This document shows positions 45,941 through 56,253 of a stretch of 64,000 nt of DNA, piece by piece. The DNA is taken from positions 66,627 through 130,626 of the forward strand of contig JAFSGN010000016.1 in NCBI GenBank assembly GCA_017440805.1, read 5' to 3'. Position 1 is the stretch's first letter, and every line of letters starts with the position of its first letter. The notes under the pieces are model-generated. The model was not told where the DNA came from. It made no database searches and worked only from the letters and a program-made list of their open reading frames with translations. A program made the translations under genes and the position numbers. Origin of the DNA: Clostridia bacterium. Lineage in GTDB: Bacteria > Bacillota > Clostridia > Oscillospirales > SIG627.

Positions 45941-47077
45941 TTAATCCTGAAGTTTTTTGAGTTCCTCGTCAAACTCACCGTCGTTATTGTGTATTTTACC
46001 TATAATCTTCACTTGTTCGCAGGAAAACAGCCTGGGTGCGGTCTCCCTCTTACCGTCAAGACATACCTTGACAAGTCCTGCCAGAACATTACTCTCTACA
46101 ACCACACCTTTTCCGTCGGGTGTTTCAACCACGGAATCAACAGTGGGTGTCTTTTTGATTTTTTCTTCGTAGGTTTCGCTCTCATATCTCAGGCAACACA
46201 TAAGTCTTCCGCAAGTACCCGAGATTTTCACGGAATTAAGTGAAAGTCCCTGTTCCTTTGCCATTTTTATGGACACCTGCTGGAACTCATCAAGAAAGGT
46301 ACGGCAACAGAACTCTCTACCGCAAACACCGAATCCTCCCACCTGTTTTGCCTCATCGCGAACACCTATCTGGCGAAGTTCTATCCTGGTTTTGAATACT
46401 GCCGCAACATCTTTTACAAAATTACGGAAATCTATTCTTCCCTCTGCAGTGAAGTAAAACAAAAGTTTTGCATTATCAAAGGTATATTCCACATCTACAA
46501 GTGTCATTTCAAGTCCGTGCTTTTCCACCTGGGCAGCCCATACCTGCCGTGCCCGTTTTTCAACCTCGCGGTTTTTCTCAAGGGTTTTCATATCCTGCTC
46601 GGTTGCAGCACGGATAATCTTTTTCAGAGGGGATACTATTTCAGAAACCGGAATCATACGGTTTGGAATAACCACCGTTCCGTATTCCACACCCCTTGCA
46701 GTTTCAAGAATAACTCCGTCATCGCAGGACAATGTTATGCCGTCCGGGTCAAAATAATATATCTTTCCCACCGGTTTGAAACGAATTCCCACTATTTCGA
46801 CTTTCTGACCGTCATCTGAAACCGCAGGCAACTTATCAGCAATTTCACTGTCGTCGGATTTTGTCTGATTTTGAAGGTTGACATTCTCCGTGCCGACTTT
46901 CTCATTTTTGAAAGAAACAGGAGGATTATCACTCTTTTGTGACAGTCCTTTTTCCGACGGCTCTTTGTCTTTTTCAGGCAGGTTTTGCTCCTGTCCGCCA
47001 CGGCGGATGGTGTATCTGCTTTCCGTACCTGTGGATTCCTTTCCGGAGGTTGCATTATTTAAGTATTTGTTTTCCAT
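45941..47077 (-). CDS. PSP1-domain protein YaaT/RicT with a ~100-aa low-complexity N-terminal extension
   Basis: Conserved PSP1 core (VGIRFKPVGKIYYFD ... GGFGVCGREFCCRTFL ... GTCGRLMCCLRYE). Confidence 0.85.
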   Translation of the reverse strand: MENKYLNNATSGKESTGTESRYTIRRGGQEQNLPEKDKEPSEKGLSQKSDNPPVSFKNEKVGTENVNLQNQTKSDDSEIADKLPAVSDDGQKVEIVGIRFKPVGKIYYFDPDGITLSCDDGVILETARGVEYGTVVIPNRMIPVSEIVSPLKKIIRAATEQDMKTLEKNREVEKRARQVWAAQVEKHGLEMTLVDVEYTFDNAKLLFYFTAEGRIDFRNFVKDVAAVFKTRIELRQIGVRDEAKQVGGFGVCGREFCCRTFLDEFQQVSIKMAKEQGLSLNSVKISGTCGRLMCCLRYESETYEEKIKKTPTVDSVVETPDGKGVVVESNVLAGLVKVCLDGKRETAPRLFSCEQVKIIGKIHNNDGEFDEELKKLQD

Positions 47078-47088
47078 TTTACTTTCCT

Positions 47089-48081
47089 TTAACCTAATCT
47101 TGAATATTCGGATACATACGAATTGAACACCGATATTGCAGTATGTGGATTAACATTTGAATAAAGAGACAGACAGAGTTCATCTGTTTTCTGATATAAC
47201 TTAACAAGATTTGAGGAAGATATTTTTTCTGATATACACTCCATAAGTTCCGTATCGGTAAAGAACATGGGAACAAATTCCGCGCCAGATTTACAAAGGG
47301 CTATATCCCTGAATCCGTATTTGAAAAACGGAAATACAGCAAAAAGTTCTTCTCTTTTGTAACTGTGAGGAGAAAACACCTCACAGAGTGAGAACACCGA
47401 CGGAGTGGATTTGAGAACCGAAAAATATGCCTCAACCAATTCACGGAGTTTTAAAATCTTTGTACCCTTTAAAAGTTCCTGTGCCTGTCCCAATGAACCA
47501 CCCGAAACTGCTATGACTGCTTCTATATCCGAGTCAGGCTTTGAGGAATGCTTTTTCAGTTCTTCTTTAATTATTTCGCGGGGCAAAAGTTGCATTTTCA
47601 GCAATATACCCCGGGAAACTATTGTAGGCAACAACAATCTTTTATCGGTTGTAAGCAGCAGAAACACAACATCTTTCGGCGGTTCTTCAAATATTTTCAA
47701 CAACGCGTTTTGTGCCTGGGGTGTAAGTGCCTGTCCGTTGCGTATTATGAATACCCTTTTTTTCGCCTCAGATGGTATGAGTGACGCATCCGATATAATT
47801 TCCCTGACCTTTTCTACGGGAATTGTCTTTTTTCCGTCCTCCACATCAATCACAGATATATCCGCGTGGACATTTTGTTCTATTTTTATACAGGAGGAAC
47901 AACTTCCGCAGGGTTTTTCATTTTCAGAGTCACAATTTATCATAGATGCAAAATGTAACGCCAGTGTATATTTTCCGCTTCCTGCGGCTCCTTCTATTAT
48001 GATTGCATGAGGAATTGCGGCGGATGCAGTTATCCGCCGCATATAGTCGAGATTTTCGTTATTTAAAATTATCTCTGTCAC
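47089..48081 (-). CDS. holB: DNA polymerase III subunit delta-prime
   Basis: HAIIIEGAAGSGK P-loop-like motif, zinc module CGSCSSC, LKIFEEPP. Sits in the conserved yaaQ-holB-yaaT context. Confidence 0.85.
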   Translation of the reverse strand: MTEIILNNENLDYMRRITASAAIPHAIIIEGAAGSGKYTLALHFASMINCDSENEKPCGSCSSCIKIEQNVHADISVIDVEDGKKTIPVEKVREIISDASLIPSEAKKRVFIIRNGQALTPQAQNALLKIFEEPPKDVVFLLLTTDKRLLLPTIVSRGILLKMQLLPREIIKEELKKHSSKPDSDIEAVIAVSGGSLGQAQELLKGTKILKLRELVEAYFSVLKSTPSVFSLCEVFSPHSYKREELFAVFPFFKYGFRDIALCKSGAEFVPMFFTDTELMECISEKISSSNLVKLYQKTDELCLSLYSNVNPHTAISVFNSYVSEYSRLG

Positions 48082-48404
48082 TAGGCTCTCTCAAACCTTT
48101 CAACATCTACCACAAATATAGTTGCACCGCCTACAGTAACCTGCATGGGGAAACTTCCCACTGCAGCAGGGCTGTATACAAAGTCAACCGGTACAGCCTG
48201 AGTACGACGCTTACTGTATTTTTTTATAATTTCGATTACTTCGTCAACCTTCTCATCCTCAACACCGGAAATAAAGGTTGTATTACCGCTGAGAAGAAAG
48301 CCTCCGGTACTTGCCATTTTGGTTACATTAAAACCTGCTTTGGTAATTTTGGCTGATACGGTGGGGGCATCATCATTATTAACAATGGCAAAAATAAGTT
48401 TCAT
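48081..48404 (-). CDS. darA: cyclic-di-AMP receptor DarA (YaaQ/PstA, PII-like)
   Basis: MKLIFAIVNNDDA...MASTGGFL...TTFISGV matches the typical DUF970 sequence. Confidence 0.85.
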   Translation of the reverse strand: MKLIFAIVNNDDAPTVSAKITKAGFNVTKMASTGGFLLSGNTTFISGVEDEKVDEVIEIIKKYSKRRTQAVPVDFVYSPAAVGSFPMQVTVGGATIFVVDVERFERA

Positions 48405-48439
48405 AGTTTTCTTCCTTTCGTGTATGTATTTTATTCGGG

Positions 48440-49714
48440 TTAACTTTCCTTAATTATCTTTACAGTATCATATACTCCGGAAAGTTTTGCAATTATATTT
48501 TCATCAAACACCTCACCCGGAACAATAATCGGTATTCCCGGCGGATAGAGCGAATACTCCCTCGCACTTACTTTTCCTCCGCTTTCCAAAAGAGGAACAT
48601 CAATACTTTCCGAAAAAACTGCACTGCGGATTGAAAGTTTCTTTTCAGGTATATTGTACGATGGTATTGAAAGAGAATGATACTCTCCCGGATTATATTT
48701 TTTCAAAACATTTTTCAAAGGTTCAAAATAACCGACATCTGCACCGTACGGAACTATCAGAACAACCCCGTTGTCATCGTAAAACTCGCACTTTACGGAA
48801 TTGTCATACAGCACATCGTACAATTCTTCCGGGTTTGCACATTTTAAAACCATTCTGAAAGGGTCGCGGTATTTCTGATGGTTATTATCAAAAAACTGAG
48901 GAAGTTCGCTTTTAAATTTCTCAATTGCATCCCGCGTTTTCAATAAAACACTCTCACTCACCTGCGAAATTGCCCTGTCAACAGAAGCCATTATAAGATA
49001 ATTCGGGCTGGTTGAACCAAAAAGTGTCATTCCCTCCCGACACAAGCGGGAATATAATTTATCCTTCAGATTCAGACAGGCTCCGCCCGTCAGAACAGGT
49101 AATGTTTTGTGCAGGGAATCTACCGAGAAATCAACACCATGTCTTGTGGGATGCAGTTTTCCGTCTTCAAAAAAGGCAAGATGAGAACCGTGAGAATTAT
49201 CCGCAATAATAATAATATCGTTGTTCTGCTTTATCTTCTTTATAAGTTCAAGGTCCGCTATATTACCGTAATAATCGGTATGTGTATATATAAGAATTCC
49301 GCCGTCTGAAAAGTCTCTGTCCGAAAGTTCACTCAGCCACTCCGGTTCAACATCCATAAGACTAAAGGCGTTTATAACAGATTTATGTACCTGCCGACAG
49401 CAATATACCTTGCTGTTCGGCTTGATTTTCATCGCCGCATACAATGCGCCCTGGATACAAAGTGTTGCACCCATACAGGAAAAAAGTACGGCATCTGAGG
49501 AGAACTTGCGGGCAGCAAGTTCCTGTGCTTCGGAAATCACCCCGCGGGCATCTGCAAGATTATCTGTCTCTTTAAGTTCCGTAAGGTCATATTTTGACAC
49601 ACCGGACAAAAATCCCATATCACCTCTGCCGCCGTGTCCCGGCATATGAAAACGGCTTATGGTATTTTCGGCATAATCCTTTACAGCATTATACAGAGGC
49701 GGCTGATATGTCAT
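48440..49714 (-). CDS. Orn/Lys/Arg decarboxylase-family PLP enzyme (YaaO-like)
   Basis: FHMPGHGG N-terminus, the SLHKTLP PLP-lysine motif, and the yaaO-position context. Confidence 0.8.
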   Translation of the reverse strand: MTYQPPLYNAVKDYAENTISRFHMPGHGGRGDMGFLSGVSKYDLTELKETDNLADARGVISEAQELAARKFSSDAVLFSCMGATLCIQGALYAAMKIKPNSKVYCCRQVHKSVINAFSLMDVEPEWLSELSDRDFSDGGILIYTHTDYYGNIADLELIKKIKQNNDIIIIADNSHGSHLAFFEDGKLHPTRHGVDFSVDSLHKTLPVLTGGACLNLKDKLYSRLCREGMTLFGSTSPNYLIMASVDRAISQVSESVLLKTRDAIEKFKSELPQFFDNNHQKYRDPFRMVLKCANPEELYDVLYDNSVKCEFYDDNGVVLIVPYGADVGYFEPLKNVLKKYNPGEYHSLSIPSYNIPEKKLSIRSAVFSESIDVPLLESGGKVSAREYSLYPPGIPIIVPGEVFDENIIAKLSGVYDTVKIIKES

Positions 49715-49820
49715 ACTCTTCCTTGCCGAGATACACCTGATTTTTGCAAATTACACAAATTTTCTGTATCACGGCTACTCTCCTGTATATATTGTAACAT
49801 AAAAACGCAAGTTTGTCAAC

Positions 49821-50627
49821 TCATGATTTTTTGCTTTCTTTACTTTTCCTACTGTTTTGTGCCCGATGATTTTCTGTTTTTTTGCAACTTGCAACTTTTC
49901 CTTTTTTTCTGAATTCATCATTCATCCGCCGCAGTTCCGAGAGTGCATCGGACAATCCTCCGACTGAATCTATAAGCCCTATTTTCACCGCAGTTTTGCA
50001 ATCAATGATACTGCCCACATCCGTGGTCATTTCGTCAGTACTCATCATAAGACGGGAAATGGTTTCGCTGTCCGCGTTGGAATTGTCGGTAATAAACTCA
50101 ACAATCCTCTCCTGCATTTTCTTAAAATAAGAAAACTGCTGAGGTACTCCTATAACAAGACCGTTAAATCTGACAGGGTGAAGTGTCATTGTGGCTGATT
50201 TTACCATAAACGATTTTTTTGCCGATACGGCAAGAGGAATGCCTATGGAATGACCTCCGCCCAACACCAGCGAAACGGTAGGTTTTGTCATTCCTGCAAT
50301 CATTTCCGCCATTGCAAGTCCCGCCTCCACATCTCCGCCCACAGTATTCAGTACTATCAGCAGACCGTCTATATCAGGACTTTCTTCCACCTCCACAAGT
50401 TGCGGAATGATGTGCTCGTATTTTGTTGCTTTTGACTGAGGAGGACAGGCGGTATGTCCTTCTATCTGACCTGCCACAGTCATACAGTGTATTCTTATGT
50501 CACTTCCGAAAGTCACAACTCCTCCGCTTTCATTAATGTTTACAAGTTGCTCTGACCTTGCTTTTTCCTCTTGTTTTTTCCCTTCTTCAAAATCATGAAG
50601 TTCATTTATATTATTCTTCTTTCCCAT
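49821..50627 (-). CDS. ClpP-fold protease, TepA-like
   Basis: IHCMTVAGQIEGH...TKYEHIIPQL...LNTVGGDVEAGLA are typical of TepA/ClpP-like proteins. ATG at 50627 (MGKKNN). Confidence 0.8.
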   Translation of the reverse strand: MGKKNNINELHDFEEGKKQEEKARSEQLVNINESGGVVTFGSDIRIHCMTVAGQIEGHTACPPQSKATKYEHIIPQLVEVEESPDIDGLLIVLNTVGGDVEAGLAMAEMIAGMTKPTVSLVLGGGHSIGIPLAVSAKKSFMVKSATMTLHPVRFNGLVIGVPQQFSYFKKMQERIVEFITDNSNADSETISRLMMSTDEMTTDVGSIIDCKTAVKIGLIDSVGGLSDALSELRRMNDEFRKKGKVASCKKTENHRAQNSRKSKESKKS

Positions 50628-52839
50628 ATATTTTCCTTTCAGTTTCAAAAGATATTTCCTGTGCCATTTCAGCATTCAATCCCTCGGAAATTATCCGGAA
50701 TCCTCCTCTTCCGCCGGGAATTACAAGTGCATTTCCGTGTTCAAACATTATTCTTGCACCCTCGCTGTCAGGTTTCGGATTACTGCTTAGCCGTTCCATA
50801 ACCTGTGCTCTGTCGTCGGAATTATACTTGATGTCACGCACAAGACAGAAAAACATGGGAAGTTTTGCAAAAGCAGACCGTATTTTTCCCTTTTCAAACT
50901 TCATACTGCTGAAAATCTCACAAAGCCGTACCGCCGCAAAACATCCGTCGCGGAGTATCAACTGTTCCTTATGGGATGCAATACTCCGTGCTTTTCGGTC
51001 AACACGGCTGACAGGTGCAGAAAGATATCTGAAGGACTCTATTTCATGCACCCTTGCAATTCTTTCAAACACCAAGGGAGCAGAATACGGCAATGCTATC
51101 CGCTTCATTTCTCCGTCGCAGAAATCTATGAGCAAGGCTCTTATATGGTCAAAATCCGCCTGCAGTTCCTCTATATAAAAATTCAGAGTTTCTCCTGTTA
51201 CCTCAAAGCATATTTTTCCCAGACGGGTTTCCCTTTTTATCTGTTCACGAGTGCAGAGAGTCACATCAGCACCCATCATTTTAAGTGCCGTACCAAGAAT
51301 TTCTCCCTCGTTGGTATCACACACGGCACAATTCAATCCCTCAAGACTCACATTTTTCTTGACAAGTGAGTTTAAATAATGCTGTTTTATTCCTGTAATT
51401 ACAGTCGGCTCTTCACAAAAATCTCCGCACTGTGCTTCTCCGCCGTTAAATGCAAAACGGATTTTACGGCGTACTTCGCCCCCAAGTGAAAGCGAGTCGC
51501 CCCCTACAGGAAATATGCAAATCCCGTCATCATCGGAAAGATGAATATAAAGGGTTATATCTGTTCCGTACTCCGACGAAGCATAGGCACTCATCAGTCG
51601 GTTTCCTGTACCGAAATCAACGGCTTTACCTCCGCCGTACACCACTCCGTTTATAACACAGTTTCTCAGCATTTCGCCCATAGTCCCGTCGCCTTCTTTG
51701 CTCATAACACCCACCGAGGCACCATTTTTTATGACACAGGAAGAGCCCAGAACAAAACATTTTTCAGGGGACATATTTCCTTTTAAATTCCCGCATACAC
51801 CGCTTTCGCAGAAAACATCTTCAACTCCGTTTCCTTTTACAACGTCTCTTGTAATATTACTGTTCGGAGGCAATATTATATCCGAAAAAATTCTAACCCC
51901 CGTTCCTATAACCGAGTTTTTGCCTATTATGCAGTTTTCTCCTATTACTGCCCCTCTGCCGATAACAGTCCTTTCCCCTATTTTGCTGTCTGCACATATA
52001 ATTGCTTTGTCCGCCGACACTCCGCTCTCTACCAATACTCCTTTATGAACAATACATTCGTTAAGGCGGGCGTCCTGCGATACGGTACTGCTTTTATTGA
52101 CAATACTTGCCCCCGGCACAAAACCGGTACTTTCTGTTCCGTAAACCCTGCCCTGTGCCACATCAAAATTACACCTGTAATACTCACCTATATTTCCTAT
52201 ATCACACCAATATCCCCCGACGGTACAGGTATAAATTCCCTGTTCCAGTATCAGGGGGAAAAGGTCTTTTGAGAAATCGAAAAATGTGTTTTCGGGAACA
52301 AGTTCCATTATATCGGGAGAAATTATATATACTCCTGTATTCACCTTGCCCGAAAAAACCTGACTCCAGTCAGGTTTTTCCACAAACCGCACAATTTTCC
52401 CCCGGCTGTCACACAATATCGTACCGTATTCCGAAGGGTCTTTTTTATGTGTGCTTATTATTGTGCATTTTGACTCTCTGTCCTTATGGAATTCCATGGC
52501 TTTTTCCAAATCAAAATCACATATACAGTCACCGCTTATAACAATAAAATCCTGTTCAAAGTTTTTACATGCCCTTTTTACACTTCCCGCTGTACCAAGA
52601 GGTTTTTCTTCTCTGAAATAAGTCAGTTTCACCCCTTCTGCCATATTTCCCAGTGCTTCTGTCTTTTCGGGAAGATACATAGTGGTAACCGCCGCCTCGG
52701 TTACTCCGTGTTTTTTCAAAAGTCTTATTATATGAAGCATTGCAGGCTCGCCTGCAATTTCGGTCATGGGCATTGGTGTATTGCAGGTAAGCGGGCGAAG
52801 CCTTGTACCGTGTCCCCCTGCCATAATAACCGCTTTCAC
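50611..52839 (-). CDS. bifunctional sugar-1-phosphate nucleotidyltransferase / phosphohexomutase-like protein
   Basis: N-terminus MAGGHGTRLRPLT (NTP-transferase), a central left-handed beta-helix hexapeptide region and a C-terminal mutase-like domain. 742 aa. Confidence 0.75.
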   Translation of the reverse strand: MKAVIMAGGHGTRLRPLTCNTPMPMTEIAGEPAMLHIIRLLKKHGVTEAAVTTMYLPEKTEALGNMAEGVKLTYFREEKPLGTAGSVKRACKNFEQDFIVISGDCICDFDLEKAMEFHKDRESKCTIISTHKKDPSEYGTILCDSRGKIVRFVEKPDWSQVFSGKVNTGVYIISPDIMELVPENTFFDFSKDLFPLILEQGIYTCTVGGYWCDIGNIGEYYRCNFDVAQGRVYGTESTGFVPGASIVNKSSTVSQDARLNECIVHKGVLVESGVSADKAIICADSKIGERTVIGRGAVIGENCIIGKNSVIGTGVRIFSDIILPPNSNITRDVVKGNGVEDVFCESGVCGNLKGNMSPEKCFVLGSSCVIKNGASVGVMSKEGDGTMGEMLRNCVINGVVYGGGKAVDFGTGNRLMSAYASSEYGTDITLYIHLSDDDGICIFPVGGDSLSLGGEVRRKIRFAFNGGEAQCGDFCEEPTVITGIKQHYLNSLVKKNVSLEGLNCAVCDTNEGEILGTALKMMGADVTLCTREQIKRETRLGKICFEVTGETLNFYIEELQADFDHIRALLIDFCDGEMKRIALPYSAPLVFERIARVHEIESFRYLSAPVSRVDRKARSIASHKEQLILRDGCFAAVRLCEIFSSMKFEKGKIRSAFAKLPMFFCLVRDIKYNSDDRAQVMERLSSNPKPDSEGARIMFEHGNALVIPGGRGGFRIISEGLNAEMAQEISFETERKIYGKEE

Positions 52840-52972
52840 TTCACCATCTCCTTTTCTGCCGTCTGATAAAACTATTTTATTCTGTAACTGCCGTTTTATA
52901 CACCTGAAAGAATATTTTACGCTTTGGCAGAATATTATACAATAAAATAAATTAAAACCGGGAGGAGAATAA

Positions 52973-54151
52973 ATGTTAAAAAAATTAATATGCTTCGGTT
53001 TGGCTGTTATACTTATGTGTTCTCTTGTTTCGGCAGAACTTCTGCCGGGTGACTATGTTTTTGAAGATGATGAGTCTTTGCAGACCATAGCCGAAAACGG
53101 TATGACGCTTAATTGCCGTTCAGCACTTCTTATGGAAACATCAAGCGGGAAGATTCTGGTTGAAAAGGACATTGACCAAAAACTTCCCATTGCATCGGTA
53201 ACCAAAATAATGACATTACTCCTTGTAATGGAGGCTATTGACAACGGCAGTCTTAAGACCGATGATATAGTTACAGTCAGTGAAAATGCGGCAAGTATGG
53301 GCGGAAGTCAGGCTTTTATGGAACCCGGAGAACAGATGACGGTACACGATATGCTCAAGGCGGTGGTGGTTTCAAGTGCAAACGACGGTGCAGTAGCACT
53401 CGGCGAACATCTTGCCGGAAGTGAACAGGCTTTTGTGCAAAAAATGAACCTGCGGGCAAAAGAACTTGGAATGAACAATACCGAATTTATCAATATAACA
53501 GGTCTTGACAACACCGAAACACATCTTTCCACTGCCCGAGATGTAGCAATTATGTCCCGCGAACTTCTGAAACACTCTCTCATCTTTGACTATACTACCA
53601 TCTGGATTGACTCCATAAGAGACGGAAAATTCGGTCTTTCAAACACCAACAAACTTATTCGTTTTTATCCCGGTGCAAACGGACTTAAAACCGGATCAAC
53701 CTCAAAGGCAAAGTTCTGTATATCCGCCTCGGCAAAAAGAGACAATATGCAACTTATAGCGGTGGTACTTGCTGCCCCCTCCGGCAACGAGCGTACCGCC
53801 GTTGCAAAGCAACTTCTCGACTACGGATTTGCAAATTATGCTGTATATATTCCGCCTGAAGAAGACTTGCCCAATGTTCCGGTAAAAGGCGGGAAAATGC
53901 CTTTTTGCCGGGTTTCCTTTGACCCGAATGACAAAATTCTTGTCCTGAAAGGTCAGGAAAATAAAATAAGCCGCAGCATCTCTGTTGCCGAAAGCATTTC
54001 TGCTCCTGTAGATAAAGGGCAGACAATAGGAAAAATCACCTATACACTTGATGATAAGGTGATTTGTGAGAAAGATATTACTGCCCTGGAGGATATTCAG
54101 AAAGTAGGTTTTGCCGATATATTTAAGGAAATACTCTCACGACTCATGTAA
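52973..54151 (+). CDS. D-alanyl-D-alanine carboxypeptidase (S11, DacB/DacF-like)
   Basis: Signal peptide, then the SVTK (SxxK), SSAND (SxN) and KTGST (KTG) motifs. Confidence 0.9.
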   Translation: MLKKLICFGLAVILMCSLVSAELLPGDYVFEDDESLQTIAENGMTLNCRSALLMETSSGKILVEKDIDQKLPIASVTKIMTLLLVMEAIDNGSLKTDDIVTVSENAASMGGSQAFMEPGEQMTVHDMLKAVVVSSANDGAVALGEHLAGSEQAFVQKMNLRAKELGMNNTEFINITGLDNTETHLSTARDVAIMSRELLKHSLIFDYTTIWIDSIRDGKFGLSNTNKLIRFYPGANGLKTGSTSKAKFCISASAKRDNMQLIAVVLAAPSGNERTAVAKQLLDYGFANYAVYIPPEEDLPNVPVKGGKMPFCRVSFDPNDKILVLKGQENKISRSISVAESISAPVDKGQTIGKITYTLDDKVICEKDITALEDIQKVGFADIFKEILSRLM

Positions 54152-54168
54152 TAATTCTATCTGCCGTT

Positions 54169-54206
54169 AAAAAAATCCCGCCAATCAAAAATTGACGGGA
54201 TTTTTT
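54169..54206. terminator. bidirectional intrinsic terminator
   Basis: AAAAAAATCCCG ... CGGGATTTTTT. Confidence 0.8.
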
Positions 54207-54225
54207 GCTAAATTCAGATATCGTA

Positions 54226-55191
54226 TCAAAGAGTTCCTTCTGAACCGAGAACATCTTTAATTTTATGTGCAACCATTGCCTTTACTTCTGAACGGGCAAC
54301 AGTAAGATATGCTCTGGGGTCAAATACATCCGGCTGGTCGTGGAGTACACGGCGGATACCTGCAGTCATTGCAAGACGGATGTCGGAGTCAATATTGATT
54401 TTACATACTGCAAGACTTGCTGCTTTACGAAGTTGGTCTTCGGGAATGCCTACCGCATCGGGAAGTGCACCGCCGATTGAATTGATTTCATTAACATGAA
54501 CCTGAGATACGGAAGAAGCACCGTGGAGAACTATCGGGAATCCGGGGATTCTCTTCATGATTTCTTCAAGTATATCGAAACGGAGTGGGGGCGGAACAAG
54601 AATGCCTTCCGCATTTCTTGTGCACTGTTCGGGTTTGAACTTGTATGCACCGTGAGATGTACCGATAGCAATAGCCAGAGAGTCAACGCCTGTCTTTTCA
54701 ACAAACTCTTCAACTTCTTCGGGACGGGTATAGGAAGAATCCTCTGCAGAAACATTTACATCATCTTCAACACCTGCAAGGCGTCCCAACTCACCTTCTA
54801 CAACAACACCGCGCGCATGAGCATACTCAACTACCTTTTTGGTAACTGCAATATTATCTTCAAATGTGTGGTGAGATCCGTCAATCATAACGGATGTAAA
54901 ACCGCCATCAATACATGCTTTGCATATTTCAAAGTCTGCACCGTGGTCAAGGTGAAGTGCAAGGTCTATGCCGGAATCAGCAATTGCAGCCTTTGCAAGA
55001 GCCATAAGATATTCCTGCTTTGCATACTTTCTTGCACCTGCGGATACCTGGAGAATAACCGGGCTTTTCAGTTCTCCGGCAGCCTCGGTGATAGCCTGAA
55101 TAATCTCCATATTATTAATGTTAAATGCACCGATAGCATACTTACCCGCATATGCTTTTTTGAACATTTCAGTGGTATTAACCAATGCCAT
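54226..55191 (-). CDS. fba: class II fructose-1,6-bisphosphate aldolase
   Basis: AIGAFNINN, LHLDHG and HGASS motifs. ATG at 55191 (MALVNTTEMF). Confidence 0.9.
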   Translation of the reverse strand: MALVNTTEMFKKAYAGKYAIGAFNINNMEIIQAITEAAGELKSPVILQVSAGARKYAKQEYLMALAKAAIADSGIDLALHLDHGADFEICKACIDGGFTSVMIDGSHHTFEDNIAVTKKVVEYAHARGVVVEGELGRLAGVEDDVNVSAEDSSYTRPEEVEEFVEKTGVDSLAIAIGTSHGAYKFKPEQCTRNAEGILVPPPLRFDILEEIMKRIPGFPIVLHGASSVSQVHVNEINSIGGALPDAVGIPEDQLRKAASLAVCKINIDSDIRLAMTAGIRRVLHDQPDVFDPRAYLTVARSEVKAMVAHKIKDVLGSEGTL

Positions 55192-55476
55192 ATTAAACAC
55201 CTGTCTTTCATTAATATTAATATCGGGTATATTTTACATTTTTTTTGAGCAAAAATCAATACAAATTTGTAAATTAACAAATTTTTTTCATTTTTATCTT
55301 CATATATATCTGCACGACACAATATAATGGAAACAGAAACACAGGTACAGGGGGATTAAACAACGAACAACATTGAAAACATTTCTTCACTTCTTTCTCC
55401 TGCGCTGAAACCGGCACTCCATACGGCGTATTCCGTATCCGGCGGTATTATATGCGAAATAAGACTGAGGAAAAAT

Positions 55477-56253
55477 ATGCCGGTTGTTTTTTCGACTTAC
55501 ACAAAAAATCTTTTTGTCAGTCAAAACGGAAAAATATGCAAAATGGAAGACGGTATTATATGCTCCGGGAAAGATATTGATTATACCGTAAACCGCCTGT
55601 GCGACGGTTCATTTTACAGATATACCGATAATATAAAAAACGGATATATTGTTACAAATGACGGTATACGGGCCGGTATATACGGAGAGGCAATATACCA
55701 AAACCGCAAACTGTCGGTTGTAAACTCTTTCTGCGGTGTAAACCTGAGAATACCCTACCGCTTCAAATCATGTGCGGATGTTATTATTAACAAATTCTAC
55801 AGTGACGGCATTCATTCAACCCTTATATACTCCCCTCCGGGTGTGGGAAAAACAACACTCATACGGGAATTGGCATTAAAGTTGTCAAAGAAATTCTGTG
55901 TCTGTGTAGTAGACGAAAAATGCGAAATACTGCCCTGTGGATTTGAATACGGCGGAGGTATGTGTGATATTCTCAGGGGATACTCCAAGCCCGACGGAAT
56001 GGAAATTGCCGTGCGTACTCTCTCTCCGCAACTGATAATATGTGATGAAATCGGCATGACCGACGATATACCTGCAATACTTTCGGTTCAGAACAGCGGA
56101 GTTCCTCTTATAGCCACCGCACACGGAGACAGTATCAAGGCGATAATGAGAAAACCAAATCTGAAAACACTGTGCGACAACGGTATATTTGAAAGATTTG
56201 TCAGGTTGTCAAAAGGCAGTTCCGGAATGGAAATGTGCGAGGAAATTGTGTGA
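55477..56253 (+). CDS. spoIIIAA: stage III sporulation protein AA (ATPase)
   Basis: Walker A SPPGVGKTT and Walker B LIICDEIG. Homology (..EIRLRKN) continues upstream to about 55372, where no canonical start exists (see findings). Confidence 0.85.
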   Translation: MPVVFSTYTKNLFVSQNGKICKMEDGIICSGKDIDYTVNRLCDGSFYRYTDNIKNGYIVTNDGIRAGIYGEAIYQNRKLSVVNSFCGVNLRIPYRFKSCADVIINKFYSDGIHSTLIYSPPGVGKTTLIRELALKLSKKFCVCVVDEKCEILPCGFEYGGGMCDILRGYSKPDGMEIAVRTLSPQLIICDEIGMTDDIPAILSVQNSGVPLIATAHGDSIKAIMRKPNLKTLCDNGIFERFVRLSKGSSGMEMCEEIV

